From Bacteroidota bacterium (lineage in GTDB: Bacteria > Bacteroidota > Bacteroidia > Bacteroidales > SZUA-534): a stretch of 64,000 nt of DNA. The stretch lies in NCBI GenBank assembly GCA_003250355.1, contig QKGS01000069.1, forward strand, positions 21,411-85,410, read 5' to 3'. The translations under genes were made by a program, and so were the position numbers. Shown here piece by piece: positions 1 through 9,486 of the stretch. How positions within the stretch are numbered: position 1 is the first letter of the stretch; each line of letters starts with the position of its first letter. Below the pieces are notes generated by a model, which worked only from the letters and a program-made list of their open reading frames with translations, made no database searches and had not been told where the DNA came from.

Positions 1-2
1 AC

Positions 3-1073
3 GAAGGGCTTTATTTTGATAGAGACTCCGAAGACACTATTAAATATTTAAAAGGGAAAAAGATATTAATAGATTCAAATTATAACAATCAATATAAAAA
101 GAATGCAAATGCTTATAAAACACTTTCAAGGTTAGAACCTCAAGCAGTTAAATTATTAAGCTTATTTATTAAGTGCCCATACCCCGAAAAAGAAATTGAA
201 GGAATAATATCAGTATTACATTCTACTAAGTGGGGTAAACAAATAGATAATACCTTCTTATATAATGAGTACAAAAATTTTTATCTGAAATACAGATATT
301 ATAATATTCTTTTTAAGTACTTAAAACCAAAATTGATATTTGCTATTCAAAATGGTGTTCAAAAGAGTTTATTTTATGCTGCAAAAGAAAAAGGAATTAA
401 AACAATAGAATTTCAACATGGAGATTTACATCGATATCAAACACTATATTCTTATCCCGATACAGATAATATTAAAAATATGGTAATAGCTCCCGATATA
501 TTTTTAACATATGGAGATAAATGGGAGAAAGTGTTGAATATGCAAAGTAAGGTAATGGTTGTTGGCAATAATAATATACTCCCAAAAATATATAAACAAC
601 AATCTAATGAATTAACAATTATATCAAGTACAATTAATAAGAATAGAACATTAGATGCAATTGCTATTGAATTATCAAAGAAGTATCCTGACCTTATAAT
701 TAATTTTAAATTACACCCTGCTGAACTAAAAATATTAGATGATGTAAAGCAATACTTTAGTAAATACCAAAATATAAAAGTTATTACTAATGAAATATCA
801 CGAGATGAACTTTTTGCTCGTACAAGTTCTGCTTTTATGATATGTTCAACAATGGCTTATGAAATGTTATCAGTGGGAATAAACATTTACATACTTAAAG
901 AGCATGAACATATAGCAATGGAACAAATATTTAAATATAAAAATGTAACGCTGGTTAATGATGCTGAAGATATGTTATTGAAATATGAAATAGACAAACC
1001 TTGGGGAGAACCAGTTTCATTCTTTGAGCCGTTTCAAAAAGAAACAATTGATACTATATTAAATGAAGAATAA
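3..1073 (+). CDS. polysaccharide-locus protein, family not recognised (5' partial, open to window edge)
   Basis: I translated frame 3 by hand and found no stop from nt 3 to the TAA at 1071-1073. The track ORF 333..1073 starts at an internal TTG. It overlaps the downstream Wzx-like gene by 11 nt. I cannot assign any motif with certainty. Confidence 0.5.
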   Translation, partial: EGLYFDRDSEDTIKYLKGKKILIDSNYNNQYKKNANAYKTLSRLEPQAVKLLSLFIKCPYPEKEIEGIISVLHSTKWGKQIDNTFLYNEYKNFYLKYRYYNILFKYLKPKLIFAIQNGVQKSLFYAAKEKGIKTIEFQHGDLHRYQTLYSYPDTDNIKNMVIAPDIFLTYGDKWEKVLNMQSKVMVVGNNNILPKIYKQQSNELTIISSTINKNRTLDAIAIELSKKYPDLIINFKLHPAELKILDDVKQYFSKYQNIKVITNEISRDELFARTSSAFMICSTMAYEMLSVGINIYILKEHEHIAMEQIFKYKNVTLVNDAEDMLLKYEIDKPWGEPVSFFEPFQKETIDTILNEE

Positions 1074-2475
1074 GTTATTTAAAGACTCTTTGCTGTATAC
1101 TATAGGTGAAGTTGTTCCTCGTGCAATCTCATTTATATTATTACCAATATATACAACATTTCTTACCCCATCGGATTACGGGATACTGAGTTACACAAAC
1201 TCAGCTACGATGTTTATTTTTGCATTTGCCGCTTTATCTTTAAATACTTTTGTTTTAAGAAATTTTTTTAATTGCAATGATGAGGATTCAAAGAAAAGGT
1301 TAATTGGGAATATATTCATATTTATGGCATTTTCAAATATTGTCATATCTTCATTGTTTTATATTTTCACACCTCTGTTTCTTGAATTTTCAGATAGTCA
1401 AATCCCCTGGAATCCATATTTTAAACTTGCTATAATTAATAACTTTCTTGAGGGCTTTTCAATAATACCATTAGTATTTTATAGGGTAAGACAAAATGCA
1501 AAGCTATTCGTATTTTTAAGTATTAGTAGAGTACTAATACAAGCAATACTTACATATATATTTATAGTAATATACGACTGGGGATTAATTGGTAATTATT
1601 ACGGCAGATTATTCTCATTAATACCCTTTACATTAATATATATTGTAATAATATTAAAAAATGCTACCATCAATTTAAATCTTGAACAAATAAAACAAGG
1701 ACTCAAATTTTCTTTCCCTCTTATTCCCGGAACAATAGCTTACCTTTTAGTTAGTATGTTCGACAGAATAATATTAGAGCGTCACGTTTCTCTTTCTGAA
1801 ATAGGTATTTACAATATTGCGTATACTCTTGTATTTGCATTAAATATGTTAATCCAAAGTACTTATAAAGCTATTGAACCTGAAATATTTAAAAGATATG
1901 GAAGTGATACCTTTGAATCATTTATAACTAAGTCAAAAGCTTTTCTCTTAGCAATTATATATTTTGCAGGTATTGGGTTGTCTGTTTTTAGTAAAGAAAT
2001 ATTTACCATAATAGCTTCTGAAAAATACCTAATGGGATATAAGCTGGTCCCAATTATTCTAATTAGCATATTTATGATGGCTCATAATGTTTTTTATGGG
2101 GGTATTTTAATTGCCGAAGGTAAAACAAAAGTATCAGGGCGAATATCAATTATTAGTGCAGCTGTAAGTGTAGGCATGAATTTTATTCTTATTCCAATAA
2201 TTGGCACTTATGGAGCAGCTATTTCTAGTGGTATAGCATTTCTGCTAATGACTATTATGTTATATTCAAAAATAAACTACAAAGAGAAAAAGATATTTCA
2301 AGAACTTTCATTCTTTTTAGTTTTTGTTATCAGCGCATTGCTGTCATACCCTCTAAATCATAGTATAACTGTGATATCAGTATTATTAAAATCTTCAATT
2401 ATAATTACTATAGCTATAATATTTTATAAAATTCATATATCAAAGTTTTTCTATATTCGTGCAAATTATAAGTAA
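1063..2475 (+). CDS. wzx: MOP/Wzx-type oligosaccharide flippase
   Basis: 470 aa, polytopic throughout. The N-terminus (SLLYTIGEVVPRAISFILLPIYT) is typical of polysaccharide flippases. The start overlaps the upstream stop. Confidence 0.8.
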   Translation: MKNKLFKDSLLYTIGEVVPRAISFILLPIYTTFLTPSDYGILSYTNSATMFIFAFAALSLNTFVLRNFFNCNDEDSKKRLIGNIFIFMAFSNIVISSLFYIFTPLFLEFSDSQIPWNPYFKLAIINNFLEGFSIIPLVFYRVRQNAKLFVFLSISRVLIQAILTYIFIVIYDWGLIGNYYGRLFSLIPFTLIYIVIILKNATINLNLEQIKQGLKFSFPLIPGTIAYLLVSMFDRIILERHVSLSEIGIYNIAYTLVFALNMLIQSTYKAIEPEIFKRYGSDTFESFITKSKAFLLAIIYFAGIGLSVFSKEIFTIIASEKYLMGYKLVPIILISIFMMAHNVFYGGILIAEGKTKVSGRISIISAAVSVGMNFILIPIIGTYGAAISSGIAFLLMTIMLYSKINYKEKKIFQELSFFLVFVISALLSYPLNHSITVISVLLKSSIIITIAIIFYKIHISKFFYIRANYK

Positions 2476-2563
2476 TATATAAAAAGTAAAAAATAGCTGA
2501 TATACTTTAGTCTATAAACTTGTTATCCTAAATGATATCGCACAATAATTAACATTAATATAA

Positions 2564-3628
2564 GTGAAATTTTACACATATTTTTTACCACAGTTTTACC
2601 CAACTCCTGAAAATGATAAGTATTGGGGAGAAGGTTTTACAGAGTGGACAAATGTAAAAAAGGCTAAGCCACTATTTAAGGGGCATAAGCAACCAATAGA
2701 ACCAACAAAGTTTGGATACTATAATCTTCTGAATAAAGATAAGTTTAAAGAGATTTGCGATTATTCTCAGGAAATGGGAATAGATGGTTTTTGCTATTGG
2801 CACTACTGGTTCGATAATGGTTTTTGTACATTAGAAAAAGTGCCGGAAATGCATCTTGAAGATAAATCAATTAAGCAGAACTTTTTTTTCTCCTGGGCAA
2901 ATCACGATTGGAGTAAATCATGGGTTGGTGAAGATAAAATTATAATCTTTGAACAAAAGTATTCCAAAGAATCGGCATTGGGGCATTTTCAGTATTTAAA
3001 GAAATTTGTTATAGATTCCAGATACGTAAAAAAAGAGGGAAAACCTATTCTTCAAGTATTTGAACCTGAAACGCAGGGATGTTTTGAATATATACAAACT
3101 TTAGAAAATGAAGCAATTAAAGAATTTGGCAAAGGCTTTTACTGGCTTTTCCCTGAAAGACAGAATACTGAATCGTTATCGCATCTGACATTTTCTAAGG
3201 TTGGGTTACCTCCTGCAAATACTAAAGTTGAGAAGTTTATGGTATTAAGAACTCTTCAACAAAAAGGTATTATAAAGAAATGTTTGTCTTTTTCGTCAAA
3301 ACTATACCTAAAGGCCCTGCGAAAAAATATAAGAACGTATAATAAGCCCGGAAATAATTACTTGCCATGTATATTGTCAGGATGGGATAATACCCCACGT
3401 TATGCAAACAAAGGATTCCTTTTCAATACAGATATTCCAACATTTATTGATGAACAATTTAAAGTAATAGAAGAAGAAATAGGTAGAGATAAATTAGATA
3501 TTGTATTTATTAAAGCATGGAATGAGTGGGCTGAGGGCAATATTCTTGAACCTTATGGAGTTAATGGAAGTAGATATGAGCCCGCAAGAATAGTAAAAAA
3601 TATCAAAGAATTATATGCTAAGTTATAA
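2564..3628 (+). CDS. WbsX / GH99-like domain protein
   Basis: 354 aa. The N-terminal FLPQFYPTPENDKYWGEGFTEWTNV and C-terminal AWNEWAEGN match the WbsX/GH99-like family as I remember it. GTG start. Confidence 0.7.
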   Translation: MKFYTYFLPQFYPTPENDKYWGEGFTEWTNVKKAKPLFKGHKQPIEPTKFGYYNLLNKDKFKEICDYSQEMGIDGFCYWHYWFDNGFCTLEKVPEMHLEDKSIKQNFFFSWANHDWSKSWVGEDKIIIFEQKYSKESALGHFQYLKKFVIDSRYVKKEGKPILQVFEPETQGCFEYIQTLENEAIKEFGKGFYWLFPERQNTESLSHLTFSKVGLPPANTKVEKFMVLRTLQQKGIIKKCLSFSSKLYLKALRKNIRTYNKPGNNYLPCILSGWDNTPRYANKGFLFNTDIPTFIDEQFKVIEEEIGRDKLDIVFIKAWNEWAEGNILEPYGVNGSRYEPARIVKNIKELYAKL

Positions 3629-3705
3629 TTAAGATAGAATATCTAAAGCTCCTTCGTTTAGGTGTATTATTTAAATAAAAACTACAATCTAAAACAATAA
3701 AATTA

Positions 3706-3713
3706 TAAGTTTG
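3706..3713 (+). promoter_or_regulatory. Bacteroidota -7 promoter box (TAAGTTTG)
   Basis: Matches TAnnTTTG, 37 nt upstream of the ATG at 3750. Confidence 0.35.
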
Positions 3714-3749
3714 TACAAATTTGAAACATAATTTGTTTGAATTGAACTA

Positions 3750-6245
3750 ATGGATATAAAAATGAACAAAGAACTAATCAAAAAAATAACTCCCTACATT
3801 ACAGCAGTAATAGTTTTTATAGCTTTATCAATAGCTTACTTCCCATCGCAGCTCGAAGGCAAAAAACTACGTCAGCACGATATGAGTACATATAAAGGTG
3901 GTGCTCAGGAAGCAAATGAATTTAAAAAAGAAACAGGAGAAACTACACTTTGGACAAATAGTATGTTTAGCGGTATGCCTACTTACTTAATAAATATTCC
4001 TAAAAGTGATAATAAGTTCGACTTTATAAACAAGTATATACGCTTAGGTATGAGCTTTCCTTTGGCTCATATATTTTTATACCTTTTAGGGTTTTATATT
4101 ACTTTATTAGCATTTAAAGTAAAGCCATGGCTATCGCTTGTAGGTTCAATAGGTTATGCATTTTCATCGTACCTGTTTATAATAATTGCAGCCGGACACT
4201 ATACCAAAGCTATTGCATTGGGTTATATGCCACCTGTTATTGGAGGAGTATATTTGGCTTACAATGGCAATAAGCTTAAGGGAACAATTCTAATGTCGGT
4301 TTTTCTTGCTCTACAGATACTTACCAACCACTTACAGATAACTTATTACACATTACTTACAATACTAGTGTTTGGTGGATTTTGGTTATACAATAGCTTT
4401 AAGCAAAAAACATTACCCGATTTCGTAAAAACCACTGTATTATTAGTTGTAGGAGCTGTATTAGCAGTAGGAATCAACGCTACGGTATTATATATGTCGT
4501 ACGATTACGGTAAAGATTCACTACGAGGTAAATCGGAACTGTCGCACAATCAAGACGTTAAAACATCGGGGCTCGATAAAGACTATGCAACTCAATGGAG
4601 TTATGGACGTATGGAAACATTTACTTTCCTTATACCTAACTTTAAAGGTGGGGCATCGAACGGTAGCCTTTCCGAAAATTCTGAGGTTTTTAAGTTATAT
4701 AAAAATGCGCAGGGTACAGCTACCGCCAAAAAAGCAATAAAAAATCAACCCCTTTATTGGGGCGATCAGCCGGTAACTTCAGGACCCGTTTATATAGGGG
4801 CTATTATTTGCTTCTTATTTATATTCGGATTGATAATTATAAAAGGCCCTTTGAAATGGTGGTTGCTTTCAGCTACAATACTAAGTGTACTTTTAGGGTG
4901 GGGACACAATTTTATGTTCTTAACCGATTTGTTCTTAGACTACTTCCCGGGTTACAATAAGTTCCGTACCGTATCAATGACATTGGTTATTGCAGGCCTT
5001 ACAATGCCTCTATTAGGAATTATAGCATTAAACAAAATACTGAATGGTAATGTGCCAAAGGAGGAGTTTAAAAAAGGATTATACTGGAGTTTAGGTATTG
5101 CCGGTGGATTTAGTTTAATATTTGGAATGTTTTCCGGAGCATTCAATTACTCCGGTGCAGTTGACCAACATTATTTGAGCCAGGGAGCCGATGTTATTGT
5201 TGATGCATTACGTGCAGACAGACAAGCATTATTACAAAAAGACGCTTTTCGTTCACTATTCTTTGTTTTAGCTATTGCAACTTTAGTTTGGGCAAAATAC
5301 AATGATAAAATTAAGGCAAAATATGTATTGCCAATACTCGCAATATTATTACTTGCCGATATGTGGCCTGTTAACAAGCGCTACCTGAGCAGCGAAAATT
5401 TTGATACTCCTAAACAGGCTAAAAATGAATTTGCAAAAACAAAAGCCGATGAAATTATACTCATGGATAAGGGGTTAAACCATCGTGTGTTGAACCTTAC
5501 AGTAAGCACATTTAACGATGCGTCAACATCGTATCACCACAAATCAATTGGTGGATACCACGGCGCAAAAATGCGTCGCTATCAAGATTTGATTGACCTT
5601 CATATATCTGCTGAAATACAACTACTTATTGGAGCTTTACGTTCCAATGATGTTGCAAAAATAGAGAATGTACTTTCAGACCTTACCGTGTTGAATATGC
5701 TTAACACCAAATATTTTATAATAAACCCCGATGGTGCTCCTTTGGTTAATAGCAAAGCTAATGGCAATGCCTGGTTTGTTCACAATATTCACATAGTTGA
5801 TAATCCCGATCAGGAAATTGCAGCCCTTACAGGATTAAATGCTAAAGAAACAGCAATAATTGAAAAGCGTTACGCCCACTATGTATCCGGTAAAACATTT
5901 GCTAATGATTCAACAGCAACAATCAAACTAGTTGATTATAAGCCTAATTACCTAAAATACGAAAGTAAAACAACGAGTGAACAGTTAGCTACATTCTCTG
6001 AGGTATTTTATGCTAAAGGGTGGCAAGCATATATTGATGGTAAAGAGGTTGATCATATAAGAACAAACTATTTGCTCCGTACGTTAATTATTCCTGAAGG
6101 TACTCACGAAGTTGAATTTAAATTTCAACCTAAAGCTTACCATACAGCAAACATAATTTCGAACGTTTCAAGCATTATAGTATTCTTATTGCTAATAGCA
6201 TTGGTAGCATTACCATACATTCGTAAGAAACAACAAAAAGCGTAA
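3750..6245 (+). CDS. YfhO-family-like polytopic membrane protein
   Basis: 831 aa with many TM helices, then a soluble C-terminal region and a terminal TM. The N-terminus (YFPSQLEGKKLRQHDMSTYKG...TLWTNSMFSGMPTY) resembles Bacteroidota proteins annotated as YfhO family. An alternative start exists at ATG 3762. Confidence 0.65.
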   Translation: MDIKMNKELIKKITPYITAVIVFIALSIAYFPSQLEGKKLRQHDMSTYKGGAQEANEFKKETGETTLWTNSMFSGMPTYLINIPKSDNKFDFINKYIRLGMSFPLAHIFLYLLGFYITLLAFKVKPWLSLVGSIGYAFSSYLFIIIAAGHYTKAIALGYMPPVIGGVYLAYNGNKLKGTILMSVFLALQILTNHLQITYYTLLTILVFGGFWLYNSFKQKTLPDFVKTTVLLVVGAVLAVGINATVLYMSYDYGKDSLRGKSELSHNQDVKTSGLDKDYATQWSYGRMETFTFLIPNFKGGASNGSLSENSEVFKLYKNAQGTATAKKAIKNQPLYWGDQPVTSGPVYIGAIICFLFIFGLIIIKGPLKWWLLSATILSVLLGWGHNFMFLTDLFLDYFPGYNKFRTVSMTLVIAGLTMPLLGIIALNKILNGNVPKEEFKKGLYWSLGIAGGFSLIFGMFSGAFNYSGAVDQHYLSQGADVIVDALRADRQALLQKDAFRSLFFVLAIATLVWAKYNDKIKAKYVLPILAILLLADMWPVNKRYLSSENFDTPKQAKNEFAKTKADEIILMDKGLNHRVLNLTVSTFNDASTSYHHKSIGGYHGAKMRRYQDLIDLHISAEIQLLIGALRSNDVAKIENVLSDLTVLNMLNTKYFIINPDGAPLVNSKANGNAWFVHNIHIVDNPDQEIAALTGLNAKETAIIEKRYAHYVSGKTFANDSTATIKLVDYKPNYLKYESKTTSEQLATFSEVFYAKGWQAYIDGKEVDHIRTNYLLRTLIIPEGTHEVEFKFQPKAYHTANIISNVSSIIVFLLLIALVALPYIRKKQQKA

Positions 6246-6247
6246 TT

Positions 6248-6300
6248 ACTAGACGCCGAATTTTAGGCACTAGATTCTTTTTAAAAATCTAGCGTCTAGT
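6248..6300 (+). terminator. bulged inverted repeat after the YfhO-like gene
   Basis: ACTAGACGC (6248-6256) pairs with GCGTCTAGT (6292-6300), with an inner CTAGATT/AATCTAG pair. It starts 3 nt after the stop. The T7 run lies only at 6320-6326, so this is atypical. Confidence 0.4.
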
Positions 6301-6373
6301 ATCAAGTGTCTAAAGTCTGTTTTTTTGCAATGGATACTAATGAATAATATCTTTTAATTTAAAATATAAACAC

Positions 6374-7252
6374 ATGAAAAACAGGGAACAAAAAATATCG
6401 CAACGAAAACTTCGTAGTTCCTATTTTTCAACTATTGTAAGTGTAGCTTTAGTATTATTTGCATTAAGTTTGGTAGGTCTTTTAGTGCTTAACGCAAATA
6501 AGCTTTCCAAACACGTAAAAGAAAACATAGGTTTTACTGTAATTATTCACGACAATGTGAAAGAGGTTGAAATGATTCGTCTTCAAAAAGACCTTGATGC
6601 TTCAAAATATGTAAAATCGACCCGTAAAGTTACCAAACAGCAGGCAGCTCAGGAACTTATCAACGACTTAGGCGAAGATTTTGTTGAGCTTTTGGGGTAC
6701 AACCCTTTGTTACCTTCAATAGAGGTAAGGTTATTTGCCGAATATGCCAACCCCGACAGTATTTTGGTAATTGAAGATAATCTGTTAACATATCCTCAGG
6801 TTAAAGAAGTTGCGTATCAAAAATCGTTAATAGAAATAGTAAACAAAAACATTCGTAAAATGAGCTTAGCACTGTTGGTATTCAGTGGTTTATTATTCCT
6901 TATTTCAATGACACTTATAAATAATACCATTCGCTTATCGGTTTATTCTAAGCGGTTTATTATTAAAACCATGCAATTGGTAGGAGCTACAAAGTCATTT
7001 GTCCGAACTCCATTTGTACTAAAGAGTTTATCGCATACACTTATAAGTGTTGTAATTACATATATTTTATTGGGTGGTGTTATTTATTGGATTGATAGGG
7101 AATTTCCCGAACTGGCAGTACTCAATGATATTGATACTTTGGCAATATTGTTTTTTGGAATATTCATAATTGGTATGTCTATTATATATGCATCAACATG
7201 GTTTGCCGTAAACCGATACTTACGTATGCGTAGCAATGATCTCTATTATTAA
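6374..7252 (+). CDS. ftsX: cell division protein FtsX-like permease
   Basis: 292 aa with an N-terminal TM, a periplasmic domain and three C-terminal TMs. It heads the conserved ftsX-DUF3098-uppP-truB-queA gene order. Confidence 0.8.
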   Translation: MKNREQKISQRKLRSSYFSTIVSVALVLFALSLVGLLVLNANKLSKHVKENIGFTVIIHDNVKEVEMIRLQKDLDASKYVKSTRKVTKQQAAQELINDLGEDFVELLGYNPLLPSIEVRLFAEYANPDSILVIEDNLLTYPQVKEVAYQKSLIEIVNKNIRKMSLALLVFSGLLFLISMTLINNTIRLSVYSKRFIIKTMQLVGATKSFVRTPFVLKSLSHTLISVVITYILLGGVIYWIDREFPELAVLNDIDTLAILFFGIFIIGMSIIYASTWFAVNRYLRMRSNDLYY

Positions 7253-7349
7253 GGGGGATATTCTTTATTAATAGGTATTATTATTAATTACCTATAAAAA
7301 ATAAGTTAAAAATTTGGTAATAAGATTTTTACGGTTTCAGATAAAAAAT

Positions 7350-7357
7350 TACATTTG
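7350..7357 (+). promoter_or_regulatory. Bacteroidota -7 promoter box (TACATTTG)
   Basis: Matches TAnnTTTG. The track's TTG start (7355) is the last three bases of this box. The ATG at 7418 lies 61 nt downstream. Confidence 0.4.
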
Positions 7358-7417
7358 AGGTATCAAATAGGAAACCACTATTTTATTATACTAAAACATA
7401 AAAACCTCTATCGTAAA

Positions 7418-7669
7418 ATGGGCAACAAAAAATCGACAGAAGCAAAAGGAGAGTTTGTACTTGAGCGTAACAACTTTATACTTATGGGAATAGGAATAGC
7501 AGCCATTATACTTGGCTTTATTTTAATGTCGGGTGGCAAATCAACCGATCCAAATGTATTTAATGAAGGAATGTTTAATTTTCGCCGCATAACACTTGCA
7601 CCGTTATTGGTTTTTGGTGGCTTTGTTTTTCAGATTTATGCAATATTGAAAAAGCCTAAGAAAGCGTAA
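7418..7669 (+). CDS. DUF3098-like small membrane protein
   Basis: 83 aa counted from MGNKKSTEAKG, with two TM helices. Its position between ftsX and uppP is conserved. The track ORF 7355..7669 starts at a TTG inside a promoter box. Confidence 0.7.
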   Translation: MGNKKSTEAKGEFVLERNNFILMGIGIAAIILGFILMSGGKSTDPNVFNEGMFNFRRITLAPLLVFGGFVFQIYAILKKPKKA

Positions 7670-7696
7670 CTTATCAATTTTAACTATTAAATAACT

Positions 7697-7717
7697 AAAA
7701 AGCAATAATGCTTTTTT
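7697..7717 (+). terminator. weak AT-rich hairpin + T-run
   Basis: AAAAGCA (7698-7704), loop ATAA, TGCTTTT (7709-7715), with T's continuing to 7717. It lies 28 nt after the DUF3098 stop. Confidence 0.4.
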
Positions 7718-7853
7718 AACTATACGCCAATTTATAGCAGGCTGATTGCTGTGGGTTGCCTGCTGAATTATTGCCAATTGTGAATCGGAGAGTACCGACA
7801 TGAACCCGAACTATGCATTAAAATTGAAATAGCAATAATAAATATAAAAATAT

Positions 7854-8642
7854 ATGGAATTTTTAGAAGCACTTATACTTGGAATAATACAAGGATTAAC
7901 CGAGTTTTTGCCCGTAAGTAGCAGCGGACACCTTGAAATAGGTAAGGCTTTGCTTGGCATAGAAGCAAAAGAGAGCCTTTCGTTTTCAATTGTTGTACAT
8001 GGAGCAACAGTTTTAAGTACAATAGTTGTATTTAGAAACGATTTGCTGGAATTAATTCAAGGCACATTAAAATTCAAATGGAACTGGGAAACCCGATATG
8101 TTTCAATGATATTTGCTTCAATGATTCCGGTATTAATAGTAGGAGCCTTTTTTAAAGATACAGTAGAATCATTTTTCGATGGTAATATTCAATTTGTAGG
8201 AGCAATGCTTTTATTTACCGCTGCTCTGTTATCATTCAGCCATTTTGCAAAAAAACGAGAGAAAGAAGTAACCTTTGGCAGAGCATTAATAATAGGAATA
8301 GCGCAGGCTATTGCAGTATTGCCCGGAATTAGCCGGTCAGGGTCAACCATTGCAACAGGGCTAATTACAGGTGTTAGTAAAGAAAAAGTAGCTCGCTTTT
8401 CGTTTCTTATGGTATTACTACCAATTATTGGTGCAAATATTCTCGATATTATGGATTCATCATCCGCAGGTGCTCAAACATCGGGAGTAGGAACTGTTGC
8501 TTTAGCAGCAGGTTTTATAGCTGCTTTTTTAAGCGGTTGGGCTGCATGCAAATGGATGATAAAAATAGTTAGTAAAAGCAAACTTATATATTTTGCAATA
8601 TATTGTGCACTAGTAGGTTTAGTTGCTATTGTTTTTGCGTAG
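7854..8642 (+). CDS. uppP: undecaprenyl-diphosphate phosphatase (BacA/UppP)
   Basis: 262 aa with the motifs GLTEFLPVSSSGH and PGISRSGSTI. Confidence 0.9.
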   Translation: MEFLEALILGIIQGLTEFLPVSSSGHLEIGKALLGIEAKESLSFSIVVHGATVLSTIVVFRNDLLELIQGTLKFKWNWETRYVSMIFASMIPVLIVGAFFKDTVESFFDGNIQFVGAMLLFTAALLSFSHFAKKREKEVTFGRALIIGIAQAIAVLPGISRSGSTIATGLITGVSKEKVARFSFLMVLLPIIGANILDIMDSSSAGAQTSGVGTVALAAGFIAAFLSGWAACKWMIKIVSKSKLIYFAIYCALVGLVAIVFA

Positions 8643-8684
8643 TTGGCTATCATTAATAATATTGCAGCCTAAAAATACACAACA

Positions 8685-9404
8685 ATGATATATACCCCGG
8701 AACAGAAGGAAGTTGATTTTAAAGAAGGCAGAGTAATACTAATTGATAAACCTTTAGAATGGACATCATTCGATATTGTAAATAAAATAAGATATACAAT
8801 TAGGAAAAAGTTCGACTATAAAAAAATAAAAGTTGGTCATGCAGGCACCTTAGACCCTTTAGCAACAGGACTTTTAATAGTTTGCACAGGAAAGTTTACA
8901 AAGCAGATAGAGTCTTATCAGGCTCAGGAAAAAGAGTATATTACTACTATAAAACTGGGAGCTACCACACCATCATTCGATAGAGAAACCGAAGAAGATC
9001 AAATATTTGAAACCTCTCATATAACAAGTGAATTGGTTCAAGAAACAATTAATAGTTTTATTGGCGAGCAATACCAAGTACCACCGGTTTTTTCAGCAAA
9101 AAAAGTTAACGGCAAAAAGGCTTACGAGGCAGCACGAAAAGGGCAGGAAATAGAATTAAAGCCCAATCGAATTACAATTCATAACATAGAAATACTTGAG
9201 TTTAACAACCCGTTCCTTACTGTGAAAATAAAATGCAGTAAGGGAACATACATTCGCTCTTTAGGCAGAGATATTGGGCTAGCTTTAAAATCAGGTGGCT
9301 ATTTATATAATTTGCGACGAACTGCTATTGGTAATTTTCATGTAGATAGTGCACTCGATATTTTGGAATTTGAAAAAAATATCGGAAATTTGCAACCTTT
9401 TTAG
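8685..9404 (+). CDS. truB: tRNA pseudouridine(55) synthase
   Basis: 239 aa with the motifs KVGHAGTLDPLATGLL and YQVPPVFSAKKVNGK. Confidence 0.9.
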   Translation: MIYTPEQKEVDFKEGRVILIDKPLEWTSFDIVNKIRYTIRKKFDYKKIKVGHAGTLDPLATGLLIVCTGKFTKQIESYQAQEKEYITTIKLGATTPSFDRETEEDQIFETSHITSELVQETINSFIGEQYQVPPVFSAKKVNGKKAYEAARKGQEIELKPNRITIHNIEILEFNNPFLTVKIKCSKGTYIRSLGRDIGLALKSGGYLYNLRRTAIGNFHVDSALDILEFEKNIGNLQPF

Positions 9405-9421
9405 TATATAAACGTATATTT

Positions 9422-9440
9422 TTAGGCATTTTATGCCTAA
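9422..9440 (+). terminator. short hairpin after truB (no U-tract)
   Basis: TTAGGCAT (9422-9429) and ATGCCTAA (9433-9440) with a 3-nt loop. No T-run follows. Confidence 0.3.
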
Positions 9441-9486
9441 ATGTATAGTTCTCATAAAAGTTCATAATTGAAGAAATAAAATATAT

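Noticed and set aside
7604-7801. 65-aa minus-strand ORF in the DUF3098-uppP spacer.
   Set aside because: It runs through two hairpins and into the 3' end of the DUF3098 gene. It has no recognisable family or start context.
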